A stretch of DNA of 64,000 nt from Obrimoposthia wandeli (taxonomy: Eukaryota), in assembly GCA_977020255.1 (NCBI GenBank), contig CDROCS010002866.1, forward strand, positions 310,001 through 374,000. Direction: 5' to 3'. A program made the position numbers and the translations under genes. Shown piece by piece: positions 53,995-61,623 of this stretch. The notes under the pieces are model-generated. The model saw only the letters and a program-made list of their open reading frames with translations. It was not told the origin of the DNA and did no database searches. How positions within the stretch are numbered: the first letter of the stretch is position 1; every line of letters begins with the position of its first letter.

Positions 53995-54399
53995 ATGAGA
54001 AACATTCAACAAGGTGGTTGCCGTTGTGGTTCTGCGCAGTATGAAATTGATCTAGCGGGAGCGCACACTCTAAACTGCCATTGCTTAGATTGCCAAAAGC
54101 ATCTTGGAGCGCCTTTTTCTGTGTTTACTGTAGTACCGAGTAACCAATTTAAATGGCTTACAAAGCCTTCTGGTTTTATAGCTTTTAGTGATATCGCAAA
54201 CCGCATCTTCTGTAATAAATGCGGTACCTATTTAAAATGGGAAGGTGCCAGCAATAGTCATGAAGCCGAAATTAACGCAATGACGTTAGATGATCCCTCT
54301 TCAATCAAAGTTGATGAAGAGATATTTGTTCGATCAAGACTTTCTTGGTTAAAGGCATTAGAAGGCGTGGCACAATTTGAAGCTGATAGAAACGCTTAA
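53995..54399 (+). CDS. GFA / CENP-V family zinc-binding protein
   Basis: GGCRCG, CHCLDCQ, FCNKCGT. Confidence 0.9.
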   Translation: MRNIQQGGCRCGSAQYEIDLAGAHTLNCHCLDCQKHLGAPFSVFTVVPSNQFKWLTKPSGFIAFSDIANRIFCNKCGTYLKWEGASNSHEAEINAMTLDDPSSIKVDEEIFVRSRLSWLKALEGVAQFEADRNA

Positions 54400-54512
54400 A
54401 AATAGTTAGTAAAATAGTATTTATCCAATGCTAATTAACAAAGCAAGCAATCAAACTGCGCAAACGATCGCGTTTTTTAATCAGCAGGAAGGCAAGTTTC
54501 ATTACCTATTCT

Positions 54513-54656
54513 CATTAGTGTCCGGTTTAATTTTTGTTGCTGTATAACTCATTAATTTTACGTTAACGATAAGTGTTAGTTGGCTCGAATTAACGATGCT
54601 AGAAAACTACAAATCAATGAGTTATAGAGCTTACATTTTTTAACCGGACAGCAATG
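54513..54656 (+). mobile_element. MITE family A copy 2 (144 bp)
   Basis: CATTAGTGTCCGGTTTAA...TTAACCGGACAGCAATG; 9-bp flanks ACCTATTCT / ACCTATTTA (7/9). Confidence 0.85.
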
Positions 54657-54665
54657 ACCTATTTA

Positions 54666-55172
54666 CTAAATAAAGAAACTATTGATGAAAGCTGATAAAT
54701 ATAAGCCTAAGCCAAATACTGTATGAGCCATTAAACTTCGGATGCGTGCTACATTTGGTTTCGGGGTCTTTGCTGCGGCAATACCAAATCCAAAACTTGG
54801 CTGCATAACAAAATAAGGAAAAATAACGGTCAATATACCGAAGATAATAGAAGGGGTAATGGTTGGTTCAATTAACCAACTATTACCCGTAATTACAATT
54901 ATTATAGCTGCAAATATGACACCTATGGCATAATGCGCAAACCAACCGATTACTGATTCCATGTTAACGGGCTGAGTTAACAGAATATTTTTATGGCGAT
55001 AAATCCCTTTCGATATATATATAAGCCAGCGACCGACTAGCGCATAATTAAGTGGCACAATCGAAAAAAAACGTTGCTGAAATAATGCCAAAAAATCCAT
55101 AAATAGAGTTGCACCTATACCGATAACCACTGCATTCATAATAATATCTGATAACAATAATTCTTCATTCAT
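54666..55172 (-). CDS. DUF2938-family membrane protein
   Basis: GIGATLFMD, LNYALVGRW, GWFAHYAIG, MQPSFGFGIAAAKTP, HTVFGLGLY. Confidence 0.85.
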   Translation of the reverse strand: MNEELLLSDIIMNAVVIGIGATLFMDFLALFQQRFFSIVPLNYALVGRWLIYISKGIYRHKNILLTQPVNMESVIGWFAHYAIGVIFAAIIIVITGNSWLIEPTITPSIIFGILTVIFPYFVMQPSFGFGIAAAKTPKPNVARIRSLMAHTVFGLGLYLSAFINSFFI

Positions 55173-55204
55173 AGTTAATTTCCTAATTTTTGATTAAGTT
55201 AATT

Positions 55205-55243
55205 CATTGCAGTCCGGTTAAAAATGTAAGCCGGACACTAATG
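55205..55243 (-). mobile_element. MITE family A mini-copy (39 bp) with perfect 9-bp target duplication
   Basis: CATTGCAGTCCGGTTAAAAATGTAAGC-CGGACACTAATG; AAGTTAATT at 55196-55204 and 55244-55252. Confidence 0.88.
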
Positions 55244-55303
55244 AAGTTAATTGGTTAATATAAACAGGCGTCGTTTAACTTGTAGTTAACTTTCACTTTG
55301 ACT

Positions 55304-55334
55304 ATGATCGCACTTAAAGTTAACTTGAGGTCAA
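55304..55334 (-). promoter_or_regulatory. MerR/SoxR-type promoter-operator for the DUF2938 gene
   Basis: Minus strand TTGACC, 19-bp spacer, GATCAT; dyad CCTCAAGTTAACTTTAAG closely resembles the SoxR box CCTCAAGTTAACTTGAGG. Confidence 0.75.
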
Positions 55335-55342
55335 TGGTTAAA

Positions 55343-55762
55343 ATGGAAAATAACACATTAGATATTGCTGAGGTTGTTAAACTGTCTGGACTACCTGCAT
55401 CAACCTTGAGATTCTACGAAGAAAAAGGTTTAATAAAATCAATTGGACGTCATGGATTGCGCCGGATATTTGGTGTTGGTGTGCTAGATCTACTTTCTTT
55501 AATTTCGTTAGGAAGATTGGCTGGTTTTTCATTAGATGAAATCAACGAAATGTTTATCACTGATGGTCATTCACAAATTAACAGACCATTGCTTTCAGCT
55601 AAAGCGGATGAATTAGATAAAACCATCACCCAGCTCACCGCTATGCGTGATGGGCTTCGCCATGCAGTAAACTGCCCAGCACCCAATCATTTTGAATGCC
55701 CTAAGTTTAATAAAATGTTGCGTATTGCTAATCAACGAATACGAAGATCAGATAAACCATAA
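55343..55762 (+). CDS. MerR-family transcriptional regulator
   Basis: LDIAEVVKLSGLPASTLRFYEEKGLI HTH; C-terminal CPAPNHFECP; start reassigned to MENN. Confidence 0.9.
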   Translation: MENNTLDIAEVVKLSGLPASTLRFYEEKGLIKSIGRHGLRRIFGVGVLDLLSLISLGRLAGFSLDEINEMFITDGHSQINRPLLSAKADELDKTITQLTAMRDGLRHAVNCPAPNHFECPKFNKMLRIANQRIRRSDKP

Positions 55763-55806
55763 TATATTGTATGTAGTTACTTTAGCTTTCTATCAGTCAA
55801 TAACAC

Positions 55807-55843
55807 AGCTAACAAGAACTTCACAAAAAATTAGGCGTTATGC
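55807..55843 (+). other. Collapsed attC remnant (37 bp)
   Basis: AGCTAACAAG...TTAGGCGTTATGC; central part deleted. Confidence 0.55.
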
Positions 55844-55858
55844 CCAAGAGAATCTAAT

Positions 55859-56437
55859 TTGATGCCTGAACCTGATCCATTGAGAATCATGACATTTGTA
55901 ACACCCAAAGACCTTGGCCAGTGGCTCAAAGTGAATCACGCCGCTGAAAGTGAGCTATGGGTGAAGATATACAAGAAAAGCACAGCAATTAAGAGCGTGA
56001 CTTTGAATGATGTTGTGATCGAAGTGCTATGTTGGGGCTGGATCGATGGTGTTAAAAAGTCAATTGATGATCAAGCCTATCTGCAACGCATTACTCCCAG
56101 AAAAACGCGAAGCAACTGGTCTAAAAGGAACACAGAGCATGCTGAGCGCTTGATAAGTGAGGACAGGATGATGGAATCGGGGCTGGTGCATATTCGTGCT
56201 GCAAAAGCGGACGGACGTTGGGAAAACGCCTATGTGGTAAGTGAAATGGAAGTGCCCGCGGATTTCCTAGTTGCACTAGAAAGCAATTTGAATGCTAAAC
56301 AGTTTTTTGAAACTCTCAATAAATCGAGTCGTTATGTTATCGCGTACGGACTGATAAGTGCCAAGAAATCAGAAACCAGACTAAGGCGGTTTGAAAAATT
56401 CATGAACATGCTTGCCCACGAAGAAAAGCCTAAATAA
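55859..56437 (+). CDS. YdeI/OmpD-associated family protein
   Basis: WLKVNH...ELWVKIYKK, LCWGWIDG, ITPRK.RSNWSKRN, KKSETRLRRFEK. Confidence 0.88.
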   Translation: MMPEPDPLRIMTFVTPKDLGQWLKVNHAAESELWVKIYKKSTAIKSVTLNDVVIEVLCWGWIDGVKKSIDDQAYLQRITPRKTRSNWSKRNTEHAERLISEDRMMESGLVHIRAAKADGRWENAYVVSEMEVPADFLVALESNLNAKQFFETLNKSSRYVIAYGLISAKKSETRLRRFEKFMNMLAHEEKPK

Positions 56438-56523
56438 GTTGCTCAAATGGACACAAACAGCTGGCTGTGATCCTTTTGGCTATTATCGCCAGCCATTTTT
56501 AGCCGCTTAATAAAATGTTACGG
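56428..56523 (+). other. Degenerate attC site
   Basis: GCCTAAATAAGTTGCTCAAATGGAC...CCGCTTAATAAAATGTTACGG; TAAC box altered. Confidence 0.6.
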
Positions 56524-56553
56524 CTCGTTTATCACTTACTTAGGTATAATTTA

Positions 56554-56988
56554 ATGAAATACCAACAAGCAATGCATTCTGATCTAGATGCAATCAAAGA
56601 ATTGCTAGAGTCTTCTGGATTACCAGCAAATGACATCGAAGCTCATCTGGTAAATTTTATCGTAGCTAAAGAGTCCAATGAAGTGATAGGCGTCGGCGGC
56701 TGGGAAACATGTAACGAATTTGCACTATTACGATCATTTGCTGTGAATAAAAATCACAAATGTTTAGGAGTTGCTGAAAGAATCCTGACAATAGTTGAGG
56801 AACACGCTGTTTCTTCGGGCGTAAGAGGCTTTTATCTGCTTACTGATACCGCTGTCAATTATTTCGAGCGCTTTGGCTTCTATGTATGTAGCCGTAAGGA
56901 TGCATCTGAGTCAATTAGAAAGACTAAACAATTTAGCGAGCTGTGTCCTGACACAGCAACTATGATGTACAAGAATCTATGTGCATAA
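56554..56988 (+). CDS. GNAT acetyltransferase, ArsN2-like
   Basis: LLESSGLP, ALLRSFAV, FYLLTDTA..YFERFGF, QFSELCPDTA; start reassigned to MKYQ. Confidence 0.8.
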   Translation: MKYQQAMHSDLDAIKELLESSGLPANDIEAHLVNFIVAKESNEVIGVGGWETCNEFALLRSFAVNKNHKCLGVAERILTIVEEHAVSSGVRGFYLLTDTAVNYFERFGFYVCSRKDASESIRKTKQFSELCPDTATMMYKNLCA

Positions 56989-56995
56989 ATTTAAG

Positions 56996-57067
56996 CCATC
57001 ACAAACGCTTCAATATGGATGACCAAACCGCTACTGGCTTTATCTATTGGTCTAGCAGGCGTTAATC
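56996..57067 (+). other. Degenerate attC site
   Basis: CATCACAAACGCTTCAATATGGATGACCAA...TTGGTCTAGCAGGCGTTAATC. Confidence 0.55.
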
Positions 57068-57610
57068 TTCATATAAAAACACCCTGCTTTGTATCCAGAG
57101 CCGCTATTTTACTAGTTTTTTATGAAGGTTTCTCGCTTAAGTTTTTGTTGTTATTATAAATTTTTTATAAAAATATAGCACTGAGAAATATACCTCTCTT
57201 CAAATACATAATTCTTCCATAGAATAAGCCTACACTAATTGTCTTATTAACCTGGCATCCTTACCTTTAATGTTGTCTATTTTACTATGATTCAGTACAT
57301 ATCGAATCAAGCTTCTCAATAGCATACTCCCTGCTCCAAGATGCAAATATTGAAACTGAGTTCTGTATTAATACACTCATTAGTAATTACTTCTTAATCA
57401 CCTTATTAGTTACCTAATGAGGCACTGTCTGTATTGACTGCCAATAATACGGAAATGCAAATATTGCAGGAGCAATATATTTGTCATCAAGTTAGCTTTT
57501 CTCTGTTGATGAACTCAGAGAAACCAAGGCATACATAGAACAGGACCTTACTGCTAGCTTAGTACCTTCAAGTAATGATCGCTTATTAAGTAGGCCTCCC
57601 AATTTTTTTA

Positions 57611-57963
57611 ATATTAAAAAGGGGCATGAACTTTCACTGCGATACCCCATCTTTACGGTGGCTGCGCTCTCTAACAAAAGGTATCACATGGCTTCGTCGT
57701 CTTGGACCCAAAGCGTTTCACGTGGCCAGCTTTGCCAACTCGATTATTACCTCTAACTTCAAGCCTGCGCCTAATATGATGTTTTTATTCATCAGCTCGC
57801 CTTGCCTTAACACAGAAGGGCTAGGGGCTTCCTACGGACAGATCGCACGATCAAGCCCTTGCCATTCGCTAGTCGTTAACGTTTAATAACAGTGTGTTAA
57901 ATAAACAGTGATTTTCCCACAGAGGACTTTCACCTCATTAATTCATGCCCATGCTGGGCGTAC
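57611..57963 (-). mobile_element. ORF-less group IIC-like intron derivative (~353 nt) inserted antisense in an attC R'' box
   Basis: Minus strand TTGT|GTACGCCCAGCATGGGCATG...GGTGAAAGTCC...TAGCGAATGGCAAGGG...GGAAG, resembling IIC domain I; ends ...GCCCCTTTTTAATAT; removal restores TA|ACAAGGC. 3' boundary inferred. Confidence 0.65.
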
Positions 57964-57982
57964 ACAAGGCGTTAAGGGGCAT

Positions 57983-58680
57983 ATGAAACTAGTTACCAAA
58001 ATTCTAGATAATTGGGAGCCAACACATAGAAAGAGTGTTGATCTTGGAGAGTTGATATCTAGAAATAAAATGGCTCATAAATGGAAGTCAACCTATCGAG
58101 TAACAGTGCTCCGTGAGCTGGTGTTCTGGAGAGCTATGGATATCCTGAGACAAATGGTTCTTCTTGTGGAAAACAAGCATTTACTTGGTGGTCGAATACT
58201 CCTACGAAGTGCCCTTGAAACTATCAGTGTGCTTTTTTACTTAAATGTAAAAATGCAAGCTGTAATGGAAGGGAAAATTACTTTAGATGAGTTTGGTGAA
58301 CCACATCAAAACTTATGCTAGGCTCAAAAAATGACACTACAAGGTTCAAGGCAGTTAATGTTCTTACAATAATAACTAAGCATTGTGAGAGAAAGTATAG
58401 TGGCATTTCTGATATTTACGCAAATCTTTCAGAAAGTGCACACCCTAATTATGACGGGATGTGTAGTGGTTACTCATATGTCGATGAAGATGAATACACT
58501 ACGCATTTTAAAAATAGGTGGTTAGAAAAAAATAATAACAATATTGAAGATCAAGCTATTGTAATACTTCGGATATTAGAAGAAGAATACAATAACGTCT
58601 TTATTCAAGAATTTGAAAAGCTAGAGCAGTGGCTGGTTGATAACGACGAAAAGCTTGAGGCTCTGCGTGCTGCTCCTTAA
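57983..58680 (+). pseudogene. Frameshifted cassette gene, HEPN-like / DUF5677-like hypothetical protein
   Basis: Two ORFs rejoin with +1 nt at about 58300 (EFGE-TTSKLMLGSK); LRSALET and YANLSESAHPNY motifs; stop TAA lies in the attC TAAC box. Confidence 0.7.
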
Positions 58681-58789
58681 CAAGCGCAGTCAATTTGACA
58701 GTCTAAAACTGTCACCTTTTGTGTAAAAGGAACGCACAAAAACCGCCTATTTTAGCCAACAATTATTGCCTCTTATTGAGGCGTAAGAT
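58675..58789 (+). other. Degenerate, possibly chimeric attC site
   Basis: CCTTAACAAGCGCAGTCAATTTGAC...TTTTAGCCAACAATTATTGCCTCTTATTGAGGCGTAAGAT; R' GTT changed to GTA. Confidence 0.7.
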
Positions 58790-58819
58790 AACAATGCAAC
58801 TCTTGAGGCTAAGCGCAGT

Positions 58820-59287
58820 ATGATAGCAAAACTTGAAAATTCGAATGAAATTACCGGGAATCGAATTCATACTATTTTTCAAAACTCTTATAAAATTGAA
58901 GCTCAGCTTATTGGCACTCGTGATTTCCCACCCTTATTACGCAATGTTCAAAACATAATTAATTCAAAAACTGATTTTTATGGCTATAGTGATAATAATT
59001 GTCTTGCAGCCATCATTGAAATAAAAATAGATAACAAGCACTTAGATATTCATAGTTTAACTGTTGATCCAAAGTATTTTAGAAAAGGTATAGCAAATAA
59101 ATTAATTAGCTATGTCCTGAAATCTTTTGATATTACCGTTGCTACAGTAGAGACCGCTGTTGTCAATAAACCTGCGATTAATTTATACCAGAAACATGGG
59201 TTCCTTGAATATAGAAGATGGACTCCATCACATGGTATTGAAAAACTAGCAATGTCAGTAAATTTCACTATTGAACAAAACACTTAA
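58820..59287 (+). CDS. GNAT-family N-acetyltransferase
   Basis: SLTVDPKYFRKGIA, N.PAINLYQKHGF. Confidence 0.88.
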   Translation: MIAKLENSNEITGNRIHTIFQNSYKIEAQLIGTRDFPPLLRNVQNIINSKTDFYGYSDNNCLAAIIEIKIDNKHLDIHSLTVDPKYFRKGIANKLISYVLKSFDITVATVETAVVNKPAINLYQKHGFLEYRRWTPSHGIEKLAMSVNFTIEQNT

Positions 59288-59368
59288 AAGGACCAATAAC
59301 AATTGGCTATTTGCCCTTTCGTCGCCTATTTTAGCCAACAATTATTAGCCTCTTAATCAACTTTAGAT
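59270..59368 (+). other. Degenerate attC site
   Basis: ATTGAACAAAACACTTAAAAGGACC...TTTTAGCCAACAATTATTAGCCTCTTAATCAACTTTAGAT; both core triplets altered. Confidence 0.62.
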
Positions 59369-59549
59369 TTTATCGTATTCCCACTATTAAATCGTTGGTA
59401 ATTTTAATTTTACTTAGCTGTAATGCTAATACCCTTGCCCATTCTAAAACAGTGGATGTAAGCATCCAATACAACTCAGAGCTTGGGAAATAGTAAACGC
59501 TAATCCAAACTACTATTTAGAGTTTGTTAGTGAATTACAAAAAACAAAA

Positions 59550-59647
59550 ACCTAACAATGCACTCAAAAGTCAAATAACAGTTGGTTTTTGCTCCTTCGT
59601 CGCTTATTTTAACCAACTATTATTTGCCTCTCAGTGAGGCGTTGGCA
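59550..59647 (+). other. attC site (apparently intact core boxes)
   Basis: ACCTAAC...AATAACAGTTGG...CCAACTATTATTTGCCTCTCAGTGAGGCGTTGGCA; a decayed upstream reading frame ends ...ELQKTKT* in the TAAC box. Confidence 0.8.
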
Positions 59648-59651
59648 CTAG

Positions 59652-59987
59652 GTGGAATCTGAATTGGCATACTCTTTAAGTTTTATTTTTAATGTAGTGC
59701 TTCTTATATTGGTGATTTATCACTTTAGAAGAAAAGTAGTGCGCAATCAACAGCAGGGAAAGTCTGCGAAAAATTGGTTTAGTTGTGTATATGCTATCGT
59801 AGCTATTCTTGTTTCTGTATATAGTTATGAGTATATTGCTCTAGTTTTTGAATTTTATGGTGTGAGCATTGATCATGGCCATGCGGGGATTGCATATTTG
59901 GCATCAGGGTTTTTTAATATTATCATAAGCCTTGCAGGCATCATTATTGGCCGATTAATAATAGGCTGGAAAACTTCTGAATTGTAA
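59652..59987 (+). CDS. Hypothetical membrane protein (cassette gene)
   Basis: Three hydrophobic segments; bounded by attC sites; start uncertain (GTG). Confidence 0.6.
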   Translation: MESELAYSLSFIFNVVLLILVIYHFRRKVVRNQQQGKSAKNWFSCVYAIVAILVSVYSYEYIALVFEFYGVSIDHGHAGIAYLASGFFNIIISLAGIIIGRLIIGWKTSEL

Positions 59988-59989
59988 GC

Positions 59990-60063
59990 ACATAACAAAA
60001 ATAGGCATAGCGGCTGGCCTACGCTGCTTTGCCGCTCCAACCATTGCATTATAAGCATTAACA
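59990..60063 (+). other. Degenerate attC site, same subfamily as 53388-53463
   Basis: ACATAACAAAAATAGGCATAGCG...CGCTGCTTTGCCGCTCCAACCATTGCATTATAAGCATTAACA; R' GTT changed to ATT. Confidence 0.65.
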
Positions 60064-60229
60064 TCATGGGCTTCATTTACTCTAGCTTGGCACTAATTTT
60101 GGCAACGCACTAAAGAGTAACCCTACAGATTACCGGTGCAGCTATTTGCTAAACTACCGGAGCGAGGCGACAGGATATCGTATAGAGAGAGCCATGAATG
60201 GCTCTATCAAGTGGCCGCTAATTTAGTAA

Positions 60230-60432
60230 ATAGTATAGGAGCCTTTCGGTAATCGTGAGTGGCCTTTTTATGTACGGAACATACGGTATTAGCAGCTTCC
60301 TCCAGATCAGATTCCACGATCAATCCCTTGCCATTCGCTAGCTGTTAACGTTTAATAACAGTATGTTAAATAAAGGCTATTTCTCCTACAGAGGACTTTC
60401 AGCTGATTAGTTCTTGCCCATGCTGGGTGTAC
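60230..60432 (-). mobile_element. Second, shorter ORF-less group IIC-like intron derivative (~203 nt) inserted antisense in an attC site
   Basis: Minus strand TTGT|GTACACCCAGCATGGGCAAG...TGAAAGTCC...AACAGCTAGCGAATGGCAAGGGATTGATCGTGGAATCTGA...GGAAG; ends CCGAAAGGCTCCTATACTAT|T; first ~130 nt closely match the 57611-57963 element. Confidence 0.68.
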
Positions 60433-60505
60433 ACAAGCGCCTGAAACGCGATGTATTTCCACTCTTTAGTCGTTCCAAAATACGCGTTTTACGCGAGCGT
60501 CATTT
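60433..60505 (+). other. attC body downstream of the intron-like insertion
   Basis: ACAAGCGCCTGAAACGCGATGTATTT...AAATACGCGTTTTACGCGAGC-GTCATTT hairpin; R' GTT changed to GTC. Confidence 0.68.
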
Positions 60506-60553
60506 TTTCTACATCCAAGTTAATTTTGTACATATTCCACAAGGATCAATATT

Positions 60554-60970
60554 TTGCCAGTCATCACTATCCAGCAATCCCCAGGTCGTAGTAAAGAACA
60601 GAAACAGTTACTGATTAAACGAATCACCGAGGCGTTCGAAGAAGCATATGAGCTCCCTCCTGAAGCGGCAATGTATAGTGCATCAAAGCATGGCTTGGAG
60701 GGGCTTACTCATTCAGTTGCACTGGAAGCCATAAAAGATGGCATTAGGATTAATTCTGTTGCGCCAGGCGTAACTTGGACACCACGTTGGGAAGAGCAGC
60801 AAGCATCAAATAACCCAAATATACGTAGCGAAGTAGAATCTGCGGTACCCATGGGCCGGTTTGCTGAAGCCATAGAAGTGGTGAATGCGATTGACTGGTT
60901 GAGTTCAGAAAAAGCTAGTTATGTTGTGGGCCACACACTCGTTGTTGATGGTGGTTTATCCTTGGCTTAA
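60554..60970 (+). pseudogene. Chimeric ORF: 4-oxalocrotonate tautomerase N-terminus fused to an SDR C-terminus
   Basis: (M)PVITIQQSPGRSKEQKQLLIKRITEAF joined to MYSASKHG...IRINSVAPG...SYVVGHTLVVDGG; SDR NAD-binding half absent. Confidence 0.8.
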
Positions 60971-60975
60971 ATCAC

Positions 60976-61051
60976 CGTTAGCAAGTTTGTCAAAATTGGC
61001 TGGGCTTGCAAAAATTTTGACTTTTTCTGGGCCGTTACAAAAACGTTTTAC
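60976..61051 (+). other. Degenerate attC site
   Basis: CGTTAGCAAGTTTGTCAAAATTGG...CCGTTACAAAAACGTTTTAC. Confidence 0.55.
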
Positions 61052-61067
61052 ACGAAGGTATCTACCA

Positions 61068-61493
61068 TTGAAACTAGAAATAATTCGTAAAGATAAACTG
61101 TCACAAAAAGAGCAACATGCCCTATGGGATGGAATCGAGGACTTTACCCAATCTATAGTTGGTGATACTGGGCGCCATGAATTATCTTTTTTACTGCATA
61201 ATGACAATGCTGAAATTGTGGGTGGAGTACAGGGAAATTATGATAATTTTGGTTGGCTTTGGATCGACTCATTGTGGGTATCAAAAAGTGTTAGGGGACA
61301 AGGTTTGGGGATCCAATTATTAAATAAAATAGAAGATGTAGCGGTAGAAAATGGCTGTAAAAATTCTCATTTAACCAGTTTTAGCTACCAAGCAGCTGAC
61401 TTTTATATAAAACAAGGCTATCAAGTATTTGGTGAACTTGAAAATTATACTAAAGAGCATAGTCGTTGCTGGCTGAAAAAAGAACTCGTCTAA
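61068..61493 (+). CDS. GNAT-family N-acetyltransferase
   Basis: WLWIDSLWV...RGQGLG, LTSFSYQAADFYIKQGY; start reassigned to TTG at 61068. Confidence 0.88.
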   Translation: MKLEIIRKDKLSQKEQHALWDGIEDFTQSIVGDTGRHELSFLLHNDNAEIVGGVQGNYDNFGWLWIDSLWVSKSVRGQGLGIQLLNKIEDVAVENGCKNSHLTSFSYQAADFYIKQGYQVFGELENYTKEHSRCWLKKELV

Positions 61494-61524
61494 GTCAGGT
61501 GTAAAGTTGCGAGTTGCGAGTTGC

Positions 61525-61623
61525 GTATAATAAGGGTTTTAATAGGGGAAAAAACAGTTGGCTTTTGCGGGTGCTTTGCCTATTTTTTTCACTATTTTAT
61601 TGCCAATTAAAAGAGCGTATTTT
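61525..61623 (+). other. Strongly degenerate attC site (array end)
   Basis: GTATAATAAGGGTTTTAATAGGGG-AAAAAACAGTTGGCTTTTGC...CTATTTTATTGCCAATTAAAAGAGCGTATT resembles the 59550 subfamily. Confidence 0.55.

Larger units (their letters stand above)
53388..61623 (+). mobile_element. Eroding integron cassette array lacking an integrase in this window (CALIN-like)
   Basis: About 11 co-oriented attC-like palindromes separating small, mostly co-oriented ORFs whose stops fall in or just after the TAAC box. Confidence 0.8.

Noticed and set aside
54440-54500. attC left arm AATTAACAAAGCAAGC after the GFA gene
   Set aside because: No right arm or GTT box found before the MITE; at best a fragment.
57626-57886. 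86-aa plus-strand ORF, and the N-terminal extension of ORF 57908-58321
   Set aside because: Both lie on the antisense of the intron-like RNA; no protein motifs; the real gene starts at ATG 57983 after an AAGGGG RBS.
60414-60614. 66-aa ORF
   Set aside because: Reads through the intron end and attC hairpin; no recognisable domain.
61505-61525. AGTTGCG x3 tandem repeat
   Set aside because: Too short and intergenic; no evidence for phase variation.
53388-61623. Repeats as a CRISPR array
   Set aside because: Repeats are 37-115 bp, divergent and separated by whole genes; they fit attC sites, and no cas genes are present.
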